Shown here: positions 34,798 through 47,600 of the stretch, piece by piece
Layout: the number at the start of each line of letters is the position of its first letter
How positions within the stretch are numbered: position 1 is the stretch's first letter
From: Histomonas meleagridis 2922-C6/04-290x
Lineage: Eukaryota > Protista > Parabasalia
Reading direction: 5' to 3'
DNA: 64,000 nucleotides
NCBI GenBank assembly: GCA_020184695.1
Contig: JAANOX010000149.1
Location: 62,001 to 126,000 of the forward strand
The notes under the pieces: generated by a model
Told to the model about the DNA's origin: nothing
Seen by the model: the letters and a program-made list of their open reading frames with translations, nothing else
Database searches by the model: none
Made by a program: the position numbers and the translations under genes

Positions 34798-35784
34798 ATG
34801 CCAGCGGTTAGATCGTTTTTAGTTAACGCTGGTCAAAATCCTAAAAAAATGAGCGTCGAACAAAGAAACCTCCCATCCTTCAGTCAAGGTAAAAAGGTTT
34901 CACACTTCACAATCCAAGGTCTTGTTGGTGCAGGTGGTTATGGCGCTATTTATTCTGTAATTGATAATAATAATAATGAAAAATATGCATTGAAAGTCGA
35001 GTCGTTAAATGCAGAGAAGGAAGGACTTGTTAATGAAATCAGAACAATGTACGCCCTTAAAGGCAATCCATACTTCCCTCAATTAATTGACGATGGAATT
35101 TTCGAAGATTACAGATTTTTAACTATGTCTATATACGGCCCATCCGTTTGCGATTTACGACATCAAATGCCAGAGCATAAATTTTCATTGAAAACAGGCA
35201 TTATTTTAGCAATTGAAATGCTCAAACCAATTCAAGAGCTACATAAAGCTGGTTATATTCATTGCGACATCAAGCCATCAAACTTTCTCATCAATCCAAA
35301 CGCCCAACCTTTTGTTGTTCTTATTGATTTTGGATTATCACAAGAATACATTAACAGACATAATGGCAAAATCAGAGAACCCAGAAAAGGTGTTGGATTT
35401 GTTGGTACAGATCGTTATGCATCTATCAATGCACACTCATCAAAACGGTTATCTCCACGAGATGACTTAATGTCTTGGTTCTACTCTCTCATTGAGATGC
35501 TTAAAGGACGTCTCCCATGGACGGGCGCAGGTAACCACGAATTAGTTGGGAAGATGAAGAAAAAGATTTCTCGATGGACATTATGCAAAAATCTTCCATT
35601 TGAACTCCAAAGGGTTTACTCACACATTAAATCCCTTGGGTATGCGGACACTCCCAACTTTGACCATTTGACAAAATTATTACAAAAGTCGATCAAAAAG
35701 ATTGACAACGGAAATGTAAAGTTAGACTGGGAAACAATGGGAAATGAAAATTGGAATCAACCAGAAGTTGTTCCAATAGAATGA
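34798..35784 (+). CDS. Casein kinase 1 family Ser/Thr kinase
   Basis: GAGGYG, ALKVE, IHCDIKPSNF, LIDFGLS, GFVGTDRYASINAH, RDDLMSWFY. First ATG at 34798 (the track start is GTG). Confidence 0.9.
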   Translation: MPAVRSFLVNAGQNPKKMSVEQRNLPSFSQGKKVSHFTIQGLVGAGGYGAIYSVIDNNNNEKYALKVESLNAEKEGLVNEIRTMYALKGNPYFPQLIDDGIFEDYRFLTMSIYGPSVCDLRHQMPEHKFSLKTGIILAIEMLKPIQELHKAGYIHCDIKPSNFLINPNAQPFVVLIDFGLSQEYINRHNGKIREPRKGVGFVGTDRYASINAHSSKRLSPRDDLMSWFYSLIEMLKGRLPWTGAGNHELVGKMKKKISRWTLCKNLPFELQRVYSHIKSLGYADTPNFDHLTKLLQKSIKKIDNGNVKLDWETMGNENWNQPEVVPIE

Positions 35785-36154
35785 GTATTGATATCAATTT
35801 TTTCTATTTCTCGGTTAACCGCGGAATACTATTATTTATATTATTTAGAATAAAGCTAAAGATAAAGGCATGACTTTTTAATCGTTTTGTAAATCAATTA
35901 AATTGACTTCAAAAATTGATAATTAATTTTTTTTAAATTTATTTTCATGTGTTCTATTATATGATTTAATTTCTTTATTCTTTATTTTGCTTTTAAGCTT
36001 CAAAATGAAGTTCATAAAAGTAAATTTTAACGATGATTTCCAAAATCATTAAATCATGTGATGAATATTGAACAACATTCAATAACTACAGAATCTTAAG
36101 TAATGTATCACAGTGCAATACAGACGAATAAATAAGATATTCAAAAAAATTTAT

Positions 36155-37380
36155 TTATTTTTTGCTCCTTTTGTTCCTTGGCAAACTTTTTCTGTTTTCA
36201 TCTGCGGTTTTCATCGGCTTTCCCACAATGTTATCGCCTTCGATTGAATACTCCATCGGCTGATGCTTAACGATTTTTGGGGGGAACCAGAAACTTTTCC
36301 AGTTGCCAATAAATCCTTTGGAATAAAAGTTTCGTACTGGCTCCTTGTTTCCTATTTTAGCTCTGTATTCTTTCACAGCTTCATACTTATCAATTTCGAT
36401 TTGTGTAACATTGATAGATATAAAATAGCATACTTGACCGACAAAGAAAGTAAGAACCACAACGATAACGCTTAAAATGACAAAGTTAGCAGCAGTGAAG
36501 AGATCTGTTCGCATAATAACTGCAACGCAGATGAAGAAATTTCGCATTTTTAAATCTGGATCCCAACGAATGCGTGGACTAAGCTTATCTATGCGCCAAG
36601 CCATCTGTTTGTATGAGTGAAATGCAAGATAACTTGCTGCTATTATATCAAAGATTAAAAATAGTAAGAAAAATCGATGTGTACGTTCACCAATTGTAGC
36701 AAGAACCCATGGACAATAATGGTCATACTTCCTGTGTGTTAGTGTTTTAAAAAAATGTGAAAATAATTATCATGAGATAATTAATTTCCATATAAAACAT
36801 ACGCAATACGTTTGTTAGTATATTGGCAATAACGGGAACGAGGAACAACTGGGATTTTGAGTGTTCTGCAGAGTGATGGTTTGTATATAACATTATCATA
36901 AGGATATACTTGAAGATATGACTGAACATTCTCGTTGGTGATTTCTCCTGGATCAAGAAATTGAAGAGCTACAAAAATTACCCATGGCCATGGTAAAACA
37001 AAAAATGAGAAAAATTCTCTTATTTTGTAGGAATTAGGATAAACATATTTTAAGTTAGGAAATGTTTGGGAGAAGTAAGTTATTGAAAAAATCATGTAAA
37101 TAGTGTAAAAAAATATTGCGACAAAATATCTACATTTACCATGTGGGCCCATGCAACTATTATCTATATCTTCATCTTCATTTCTTTTTGCAAGTTTTGG
37201 ACAAATTTTTAACGTCAAACTCCTAAAATAAAAAGGGACTTTGATTGATATAAATCTATAAATCGAACCAATAATTCCATTTCGATGGAACTTGTTATTA
37301 CCGCATATCATAACATAAACAAAAAACATCATTACAGCGAGATAAATCCCACAAATGAATATCAATGTTTCCACATCCAT
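36155..37380 (-). CDS. DHHC-family palmitoyl acyltransferase (DHYC variant), two exons
   Basis: Splicing 36732-36802 joins CRTLKIPVVPRSRYCQYTNKRIA to KYDHYCPWVLATIGERTHRFF. ATG 37380 follows an Inr-like TCACA. Confidence 0.9.
36732..36802 (-). other. Canonical parabasalid spliceosomal intron, 71 nt
   Basis: GTATGT 5' end and ACTAACACACAG 3' end; removal restores the DHHC domain. Confidence 0.95.
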
Positions 37381-38253
37381 TTTGTGAGTTTGGAGGAGCG
37401 GTCCGACCAAATATGCTATGAAATATGATATCAAAAAATGGACAAAAAACAAAAAAATTTCGATAAATACTAAGTATCTTAAAGAAAAGCATATATAAAA
37501 AGTATTACCCAATTACATATATCACATGCTCAAATCAATATTTCTTGTAATATTGCCTATTATGCAAAAACAAAAATTTGGTAATATTTCAAAAAATTAC
37601 CAATTACTTGGTAATGATATTTTATATTTTCAATATATCAACAATTTAACATATAGTCCATTTGGAAAATTATAACATTCAAAACAAGTTTTTTAGAAAT
37701 TCATATTTTTTTAATACGCTTAATTTTTGAGTGCTTTATTTCATTCAAAAAATTAACGTATTCACTTATTTTTAGGTCAAAACCTTTTAATGATTATTTT
37801 AATATAAACCAATGCATCTGGATGTATGCAATTTCTGATATATAAATTTTTAGTTGAAAATTTTTTTTGTTTAAGATAAATTGCACTAGTCCTGGAAAAA
37901 CCCTGTCATTTCTTTAAAAAAAGTCTTTTTTTCCGGTGAAAAATAATTGTGTTGAAACATATAACCGGCTGATTATGCGCACAAAAAATGAATTTCACTT
38001 TTATTATTTTTCGGGAATTACAATTCCAAAAGTAATGTATATCTTTATCACAGCTTCTCGGAACATTTTTGATCTGTTTTATGAAAAATAAAATGTCGAA
38101 TATTTTCATTCAATATTTTATGCCACAGAAACGTCACATCGTTTGTTTTGATGCACAAATAGCATTGCAAAAATAAATTTCTTTTATTTTACTCAATCTT
38201 TTCTAAAAAAATAATCAATTTTGAATAAATCCGCATAATTACAACAGTTCAAA

Positions 38254-40401
38254 TTATTCAATTTCAGCTAAGATTTGTGGCAACGTTTTCTTCTTTGTTT
38301 GCTTGTTCAATATGCTCGACAGCCCTTGTAATGGCGCATTCCAATTAGTAGCGTAAAGCATCGACATTTGACTCATAATTTTCGGATAAACATTTAAATT
38401 ACCATAAAACAAAATGCATTCGATGACTTTCGGAACACCAGATAACACTATAACTTTCATTGAACAATAAACAAACTTATTAATATCATTTTCTCCGAAG
38501 TAATATTTAATAGTATTTAATACATCGCATAATATTTCGTTCATTTTGAAGAAACAATTTCCTAACATTTTACCTTTTAACGTTGCGAATCGTTTTTTGG
38601 ATCTTTTAATGATTAAGTCTAATAATTGAGAATCATATTCATTAATGTACATAACATTCGATGGTATTATAGTTGAAACAAAATTTTCGATTTCTTCATT
38701 TCGAATATACAAATGATTCATAACAAATATCAAATACAAAAATGATAAATATGATTCTTTTTGGAATATTTGGCATGGGTTCTTAAATATGGACTTTACA
38801 ACTGTTAATACTTTTCCATCATTTGGTTCATTAAAATGATAATCAAAAATATTCGAAATGAATTCAATCGATGGAGACATCAATTTCTTCGGTAAAGTAA
38901 TTGTTTCTTCCATGAACGATGTTTTTCGTGCACTATAAACAAATTTGTTGATTACATATTCTTGCATATATATACTTGAACCGATAATAAAATCATGTTG
39001 TATTAAAGCTAACTCATTAAAAACCCATTTAGCTTTAAGGAAATCTTCGAAATTTTGCTCTATTTTTTGCTTTTTGTGATGAGTTTTCACAAGCGCAAAA
39101 TCAATGAAATTCTCCGTTTTGGCAATGTCAGAGTTATCGATGATTCGCTTCGTGTAGATATCTTTTGGCGTGAGGAGCAATTCAGCAACTCCTTGGCCAA
39201 CATCTATCGAAAGCTTTTCGATTTGGACCCATACGCGATTGTTAACTTCATCCTTTTCATAATTTTTAGCTTCACATTTTCGATAGATTAAATTCTCAAA
39301 TGTTTCATAAGGCCCTTTAAAGAATTTATGATGAGAATATTGGATATATCCAGGTTCAAGAGATGTAACAACATCTTCTTTTAAGACCATTGACGGTAAT
39401 GTTTTTTGCATCTTAATTATACCACATGTCTTATATAAATCAAATAACATTTGGATTTCTACTCCAGAAAATATAGAATAAATAACAGGGAGTTTGATAT
39501 CTGAATAATAACTTAAGTTGACAATCAGAAAAGTGTCGGATTCGAAAATAACGTTCTTTATCGTCTGGGTGTGAATCGAACCGCCATTTCGCGCACAAAA
39601 GTCGAAAAGTGACAGCAGCTCCGAAAATTTCGGATTTTTGTTGTCGTATGAATAATGACATTTAGTTCGAAGTGGGAAATAGATTTCAAAAAGAAATCTT
39701 CGGAAAAGAGGTTCGGAGGTGTCATGTAAGTGTATCAGAATATCACGATGATTTTTGGTAAGAAGGCAAAAAGCTGATTTTAACGCTAAAATAAAAGAAT
39801 TATAAAATGGTTTGTTTTCAACATCTATGTTACTCTCAAATGAGTCCCAAAATTTGCTAATAAAACGTGGAAAGTTATCAAAATAGGATTCAATAAGGGA
39901 TAAAATAAAATCCGAAAAGTTTGGATTTTGTTCAACTTTGGTCCTTTCTATTGCGTGGTAAAGGAAATTATAGCCAAAGGTATTGAATTCGGATGTTTGA
40001 AAGAAGAAGAATATTGATGGAAATGTTAACATTGAAAAAATGGTGGCATTGCAAGATTTATCTTTAAAATACTCCCAAAATTTATCGATTATAAGGTCGC
40101 CATTGAGAAAAAAGTTAAATAACGAATTTGTAATAACTTGGATTAATGTACTTGGCACATGTTGAAAGAGAGGAGGGCACTCCCCCTTTGGATCACATTC
40201 TTCGATAGATTTCACTTGTTTGTCAGTTAATTCACGATTTGGAGAAATTGCTAAATGGAAAAATGCAGAATAACGAGAAGTATAAATTAATTGTATCACT
40301 TGTTGAGTAAGAACCTTATCAAAATTTTGGAAAGCAGGGCCGTATGCCCATTTTATTGTTGAATCTTCTATGTTTCTGAGTTCTTCAAGCTTTTTTTCCA
40401 T
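38254..40401 (-). CDS. Hypothetical protein (715 aa)
   Basis: Long uninterrupted ORF; no family recognised. Confidence 0.7.
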   Translation of the reverse strand: MEKKLEELRNIEDSTIKWAYGPAFQNFDKVLTQQVIQLIYTSRYSAFFHLAISPNRELTDKQVKSIEECDPKGECPPLFQHVPSTLIQVITNSLFNFFLNGDLIIDKFWEYFKDKSCNATIFSMLTFPSIFFFFQTSEFNTFGYNFLYHAIERTKVEQNPNFSDFILSLIESYFDNFPRFISKFWDSFESNIDVENKPFYNSFILALKSAFCLLTKNHRDILIHLHDTSEPLFRRFLFEIYFPLRTKCHYSYDNKNPKFSELLSLFDFCARNGGSIHTQTIKNVIFESDTFLIVNLSYYSDIKLPVIYSIFSGVEIQMLFDLYKTCGIIKMQKTLPSMVLKEDVVTSLEPGYIQYSHHKFFKGPYETFENLIYRKCEAKNYEKDEVNNRVWVQIEKLSIDVGQGVAELLLTPKDIYTKRIIDNSDIAKTENFIDFALVKTHHKKQKIEQNFEDFLKAKWVFNELALIQHDFIIGSSIYMQEYVINKFVYSARKTSFMEETITLPKKLMSPSIEFISNIFDYHFNEPNDGKVLTVVKSIFKNPCQIFQKESYLSFLYLIFVMNHLYIRNEEIENFVSTIIPSNVMYINEYDSQLLDLIIKRSKKRFATLKGKMLGNCFFKMNEILCDVLNTIKYYFGENDINKFVYCSMKVIVLSGVPKVIECILFYGNLNVYPKIMSQMSMLYATNWNAPLQGLSSILNKQTKKKTLPQILAEIE

Positions 40402-41645
40402 TTTGGTAATTCAGTCCTATTGACGGTTTATAATTTTTTTGAGGAAAACACACAACTCACTTTTAGTTTACAAAAAGTGGATGAATTCATTGTTTTATAA
40501 CATGTTCAGATAACGATATGTAAATTCAATTGAGTTAGCTATTGTGAGTGTTTTTGTTTCTGTTTTAAATTCTTGCATTATATTAACAAAAAAATAAAAC
40601 AATTGGAATTACATTGATATCAATTTATTATTTTTATTCTTAAACCAGCTTTTAGATAAAAAAGTAAAAGCAAGAAACCTAACCACAAACAAAACTAAAT
40701 TTCTCCATATTGTATTGAACATAAATTTAAACATTTTTAATAAATTCACTGAATGTTATTTTGTTGATGAATAACAATGAAAACTTATTTTGGAATGATC
40801 GATGAGATTGTGGAAATGAGGTATCGAAATCATTTGATAAAAAAGAGAAGGAGAAAAGTCATTTTTGATGAACTAGTCTGTTTACAACTTGTTTGAGGGT
40901 AATTAACTTTTAAAGTATACTGTAACAAATGAACTATAATGTTCACAGTTTGTTTTTCTGAAAACAATAAAAAATATTTTTAGACATTTTGTGATTTATT
41001 GGATTACTTAACAAATAGAGTGCATGTTCGAGCTTGGTGCATGTGTGCTCTTATTTTTATTTCTAATCAGGATGTGTGGCCAAATATTAAAAGAGGAATT
41101 CAAATACTGATATGAATGAATATCATCAATAGTTGCAAATGGACAGTGACTTCAGGTGAATGATAATATAAATCTTGGATTTGGCTATCATAAAAAACCT
41201 TCAAAATTTTACAATGTTTCCGTGTTCACTTGTTAAAAACTTATCTAATAATTATTTAAAATTTATAAAGTTTTGACTTTTTAATTTCTTTTCCAGTTTC
41301 TTCTAGCTTAAATATGATTATGTGATTATGTTAAAAACGACAAACCTAAATGGAAATCAATGTGAATAAGATGCATCTTATTTTATTAGATCATATTCTC
41401 ATACCAAAAAATGTCAATCATTTGTAAATCACAGATCTTGCTTTTTTAATGAGGATACCATTTTGTTAATTTTTGCTAATACTGTTTCTTGGAAGATATT
41501 TGTTAGCGATAACAACCGTTATTTATTGAATTATGTTTTTCAAATGCTTTACATCGATTTCAAAAGTGCGCCCTTTGTAATTTTTGTTTATTATTACAGC
41601 GACAATTCAAAACGACGATACAACTTTTTCAAAGTGGTGGAAAGA

Positions 41646-44600
41646 ATGAACGAATATGGAGATGATTCTTTTTTCAACCCAATTTTCACCAAAATAATAG
41701 AGGAAAACAAAATTCCATCTCTCGATAACTCAACATTGTTTCAATTTATTCAGATATTTGCAAAAAAAATTGAAGATGATCCAAATAATCAAGATTATAA
41801 AACTGCAAGTTGGGCTTTAAGCGAAACTCTGTTTGAACAATACGAACATTACTTGGGTGATCTTCTTCTACTAAAAGAGATTTATTATTCATTAAAAATA
41901 TTTTCATCTTTGCATGAATGTTTACCTATTACCCCAAGTTTTTATAAGTTTTTCAAGTCCCTTTTATCTAATACGCTCAACTCAGATCTAAAGCCCAAAG
42001 CAGATGAACTTTTTTCCCAATTAATCAATTTACCAAAATTCTTAATCAATTTTGTACTTGGAGATGGCATCTTTGATTTCATCACAACGGTGTTTACAGA
42101 CACTAAGTTTCAAGAATATATTACCATGTTTAATAATTCATTTGATACACTTCAATTCAAAAATGAAAAGGATGTCCAAAATGCCTCCAACATTGTTACT
42201 CAGCTTCACGATTTTATCAAACAAAATCAATTATCTAAGCAATCCATATTTAATGTTCTAAATTTCCTCACCATTTATATCCAAAAATTTTCATTTTATT
42301 ATCCAATCCTAAGCGATCTAGTTAAGATCAATGGCATTTTTACCATATTTCAATCGATTTTTACTGATACATCTGATTTCCAAATAATCTTTCATAGACT
42401 TATGAAAAGTCATGATTATAAGGATCCATGTATTCCCAATCAGCCTGTGTCACAATTTTTATCATTACAACTTAATAATTCATATTCTCCAAAATCAGTA
42501 TATAATTATATATTTGATATTATTATCAATTTAATTAACGACGACATGATAAACATCAAAAAGATGAATCGGTATTTTCGATTTTCTGAGTTAATTTCTT
42601 TCCCACATATTCAAACCGAAGATTTTAAGCAAAAGTTCATCAAATTATTTGAAGGCTTAGTTAATTGTAACTTCGAATCTTCGACTTCTATCTTTATCAA
42701 GCTCATTAATTATTTGAAGCTTGATTTAGGGTCTATTAATCCTATATTACAAAAGATGTTATCAGATAACATTTTATCAACAGATGAAGACTCATTAAAT
42801 ACATTAATTAATTATTATTTAGTTGATAATACTTCTGAAGAACTTGGAACAATATTAACCAATTTTAATTCATTTAGAGATTTATTAGTATTATTATATG
42901 ATAAAACGCCATATCATAAATCGATTTTAATATCGAAGATAATGTCATCATCGAATTATATATTACCGATAAATTTATTTGTTGAATTACTTATTAAAAT
43001 GTTAAGTATTAATCCCGAAGAAGCACAATTCATTATGTTCTTTAAGAAATTACCTGAATCTTATTCAAGCGAATTATTTGCATCTTTTTTATCATTAGTT
43101 TTAGAAGAACAGAATTTAATTACATTAATTATTAATATCGACGGATTATTTCTTATCGAAAAACTCTTTGAAAATCCGAAATTTACTGATCAAGACTTAA
43201 TTAACTTTATTAATGTATTAGCTTCTAATGGATTTAATAAGAAATTAAATGAAATGTTATTAAAGTTGGATATTAATCATCGTTTATTTCATTTGGATCA
43301 ACAATATTATTTACAAATATTTAATGATAAAGAGAAAAAAGAGCCTTATGGCTTACCAGTGTTAATACCTTTTTTAAATCTCGAAATTAATACTCGTTCA
43401 CAATTCGATTTCTTAAATATTGGTAAATATGCGATACCTTTATATCAGAAATTAAACAAAACGCCTTTAGATTTAACTAAAATTGCGAATCGTTATTTGT
43501 CATTAGAATCTGCTTTAACAATGGTAAAGAATCCTTTATATGTATCGAAATACATTGATATAAATTCCGATTATTTTCCTGTTTTCGAGTTTTTCCCTAA
43601 TAAAACAAGTTCTTTCATAGAAATTAATTTGAGTTATCATGCGATTTATTTTTGGTTTAAATGTTCATCGAATTTCGAAAATGTTTTACATATATTTCAA
43701 GCAGGAAAAATTACAATTGATTTAGAAAATAATAATTTATTAATAAAATGGAAAAAACATCAAAAAACTTTAAATAATTTTAATGTCGAAAAATGGCATT
43801 TAATATTTATCTCAATGAATATAATAAATTATAAAGGAGAACAATTTAATATATTAATTGATGATCAAAAATTGTTGTTTACAAATGAAAACAAAATTAC
43901 AAAAACAACAATTTTCGGTAATAAAACAGAACATATTAATTCGCCATGGTTTTTATCATTAAATATACAATACTTTCCAAATCAAATCAAATCATTAAAT
44001 AAAATCATTAATATAATAAATAAAAATGGACCTGGCGATATAAATAAAAATAAAAATTCGATTTTGTTGGGTCCACATCTTAAAGAATTTGTCCTTGGAA
44101 GAAATGTTACATTAGTGCCTTATCAAGGATTTTTATATTATTTAGGAATTCCTTCTTTTTTATCGAAATTTTTTAAGTTGTTTTTAAAGACAAATGATTC
44201 AGAGATTTTAACAAATTTAATAACAATTTCTTTACATTATTTAGAAATTAAAAAGTTTAAAGTACAAAATTTTTGGAATTATTTCGTTTACGTTATAAAA
44301 TATCAATGTTCTAAATTAAATCCACAACATTTCAAAATAATTTTTACTTTTATTCTTCAAAAATTGCCGAAAAAAGAAATAATAAATAAAATGTTTTTGT
44401 TTGTACATGATATCGAATTTTGGATAAAACTTTTACCTGAATGTGTTCGAATGATATTAGATTTAATATCAAAGAATATCACAACGATTGATTTAGCTAA
44501 TAAGTTCTTTATAAGGAAAACTTGTATCTTTTTAATTGTATTAATATCAACTGTTTATCCAAAAAGTTATCCGACTGAGAAATTCTTTGATTTTATTGTT

Positions 44601-47600
44601 GGGTTATTATTAAGGTTTGAAATGACCAAAAAAATTAATTTCATTTTAATGTTTATATTTTCGATTCGAAATCAAAGTGATCATACGAATCCAATACATT
44701 ATTTTACATCTGCACAAAAGACTTCTTTATTAAAATCATTTGAAAAACATAATGAATTACTTAAACCGGAATATTTTAGTCAAGAAGTAATTAATAATAT
44801 ATTTACTTTTGGTACTTCAGCTGAGATTTGTATATTATTAAAGATTTTGTTTAACTTAAAATTAAATTGTCCGACATTTGAATATGAAATTCCATTACAA
44901 ATTGATCAAGTTATTAATGAAACTTCAATTTGGATTGGAATATTTTCATTATTAACAATGTCCGATAATTTTGATTCGAATGATACATTATTAAATTTAT
45001 TTCTAAACTCAATAATATCATATGAAAATGCTATAGTTCCTGCATTATCATTAGTATTATGTGGTGCTATAACAATTTCTTATTCTTATTCTACGAATCA
45101 ACAAAATAAAATTTTATCATTTTTAGAATCATTTGTTTTAGATGGATTTTGTATTTTTTCGGAACTATTTAAAGTAAGTTCGTTTTTAACTATTTCTCCA
45201 ATTAATGCTATAAATGCATCGATCATTTATTGTCCATTAATATTAGCGTTAAATGAAATTGATTTTTCTAATGAAAACGATATAATTAATTATCAAGAAA
45301 AAGAAAAAATTTATAGTTATAATCGTTTATGTAAATTATTTTGTAAAGATTTAAACATAAATTATAAGTTATATATGAAATCGACAAAGAATAATGAAAA
45401 CATTGAAGTTAAACCACTGAATGAAATTAAGAAACAAATACAATGTTGTTTCTTAAAATGTAATTTACAATTAAATCAAAGTTTTACTAATGTAAATGTT
45501 GAAGATAAAATCAATTTATTATTTAAATTAAATTATCATCAATTTGTTTTATCATTTATAATGAATAATATTAATCAATCACCAAATGTATTATATAATA
45601 TGATAAATTCATTAATATTTTTTTATCCATTTTCTAATGAAGAAATTATCTTCCAATTAAACATTCGAATTTTACCCGATTTATTAGAATCTTTAATTAT
45701 TAACTTAAAGAATATTAAACCCGATTCCATAATATGTATAATCGGTTCAATGATTACAATCTTAAAAATATCGAAAATACCAAAAACTTTAATTGTTCCA
45801 TTATTTAATTTCTCGGAACAAGTTTTAGCGCAATATAATATGAAATCAATTTCACGTTCAATTCGAGTATTATTTGGAAATTTATTACAAAGTATTGATA
45901 TTAATTCATTATCAATTTTAGGTCGTTCTATACATATATTAAGTGACATTAAATTAAATAAGAAAAAAGGTTTTACTTTATATTTGTTTATATTATTATA
46001 TCCACATTTAATATCATTATCACCAAACGCTTCTTATTTGTTTGGGATATTATATAATAATTATATCTCACAAAAATCATTTGTTAATTTCGCTATAAAA
46101 GAAATTAAAGATGAAAAAGCACAAGAAATTTTCGATTTAATTTCACAATATATGAAAAATGGACAAGAACAATTTTATTTAAGTACAATGGAAATTGATG
46201 ATGATTTTGTTAATACATTAAATACATTAATAATTCCATTATATAATAATTTCTCTATAAAATTACCGAATTATTTCACATTTAATCCAATGAATATTAA
46301 TGACTTTAATAGTTATATCCAAACATCAATTTCACATATTAAGAATACAATATTTAAAAAAATATATTATTATGAAAATGAACAAGATATTAACCAATTA
46401 TTATGTTTCTTTATCGATTTCATTATCACTGAATCGATTCGTAAATGTGAAAAACTTTCATCGAATATATTTTCGAATGAATTATCAAACATTTTATCGA
46501 ATTATAAAAAATATTCATCAAATCAAGAAATATCTTTAAGTCCAATAACATTTCCTTTAATACCACCGCGAATTTTAGCCCCGAATATTATAAGTAATAT
46601 TAAACTTAATGATGATATCACTAAATTTATAAGTTTATTACCTTATAAAAAGATAAAAATAAAAAATAATATTTCTTTACCAAATGTTAAATATGTTAAT
46701 CCTTCGTTTTATAACTCTATCATTTCTAATTCAGGAATGATAATGTTATTTTCATTTTTAAAGTTATATCAAAAGCAAAAAGTATTAAAGAAAATTATAA
46801 ACATAAAATTTTCACGTTATTCACAAGAATTTGATTCTGTTTTATTCATATTTAATAGTAAAATTTATATATTAATATTAGCCATGATTGAAGAGAATAA
46901 TGAACAATTAATATTAAATGATATAACTAAAGATAATAAAAATGAATTTAATAATTTCCTTAAGTCATTATATTTAAAAGAATATGGAAAATATTCATTT
47001 TTTTGTGGACATCCATTACTGAAATATAAAATACAAAATATAATATACTCAACAACACATAATAATATATTTCATATAATACCGAAATATTCTGCTGAGT
47101 TTTCTTTATTAAACATAACAAATAATATATCGATTTATTTTAAAAACAAAAAACCTGTTTTCTATTCACCGAAAACTTCGTTTTTATTTGACGATTTAAA
47201 CTTACAAAATGTTTTACAAGAATGGTTAAATGGTAATATATCATCGTATACATTTTTATTAAAGATCAATTTCTTGGATGGAAGATATTCATCTAATTTA
47301 ATTAATGATGAACAAGGTATAATATTTCCGACATTATACACAGAAACAATGTTAAACTTTAAACCAATTTATCCATTTAATATATGTAATGAAGAATTCT
47401 TATTATCGTTCACTTTCGCTCATTTCTCTATACCTGAAGTGTTTAAAGGTATCGAATCTCATCAAGCGATTGTCGAAAATCGTGATGAAATCGAACGAAT
47501 TAACAATAATTTAAATCGTTGGATTTCAACATCTTTTAAGAACTTATTTTTAGGTAAGAAAATCCCTTTAAATCAAAACTACAAAAAAGAAAAATCGAAA

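Noticed and set aside
41040-41180. Possible C/D-box snoRNA in the 40.4-41.6 kb intergenic region
   Set aside because: No properly ordered RUGAUGA...CUGA pair with a terminal stem.
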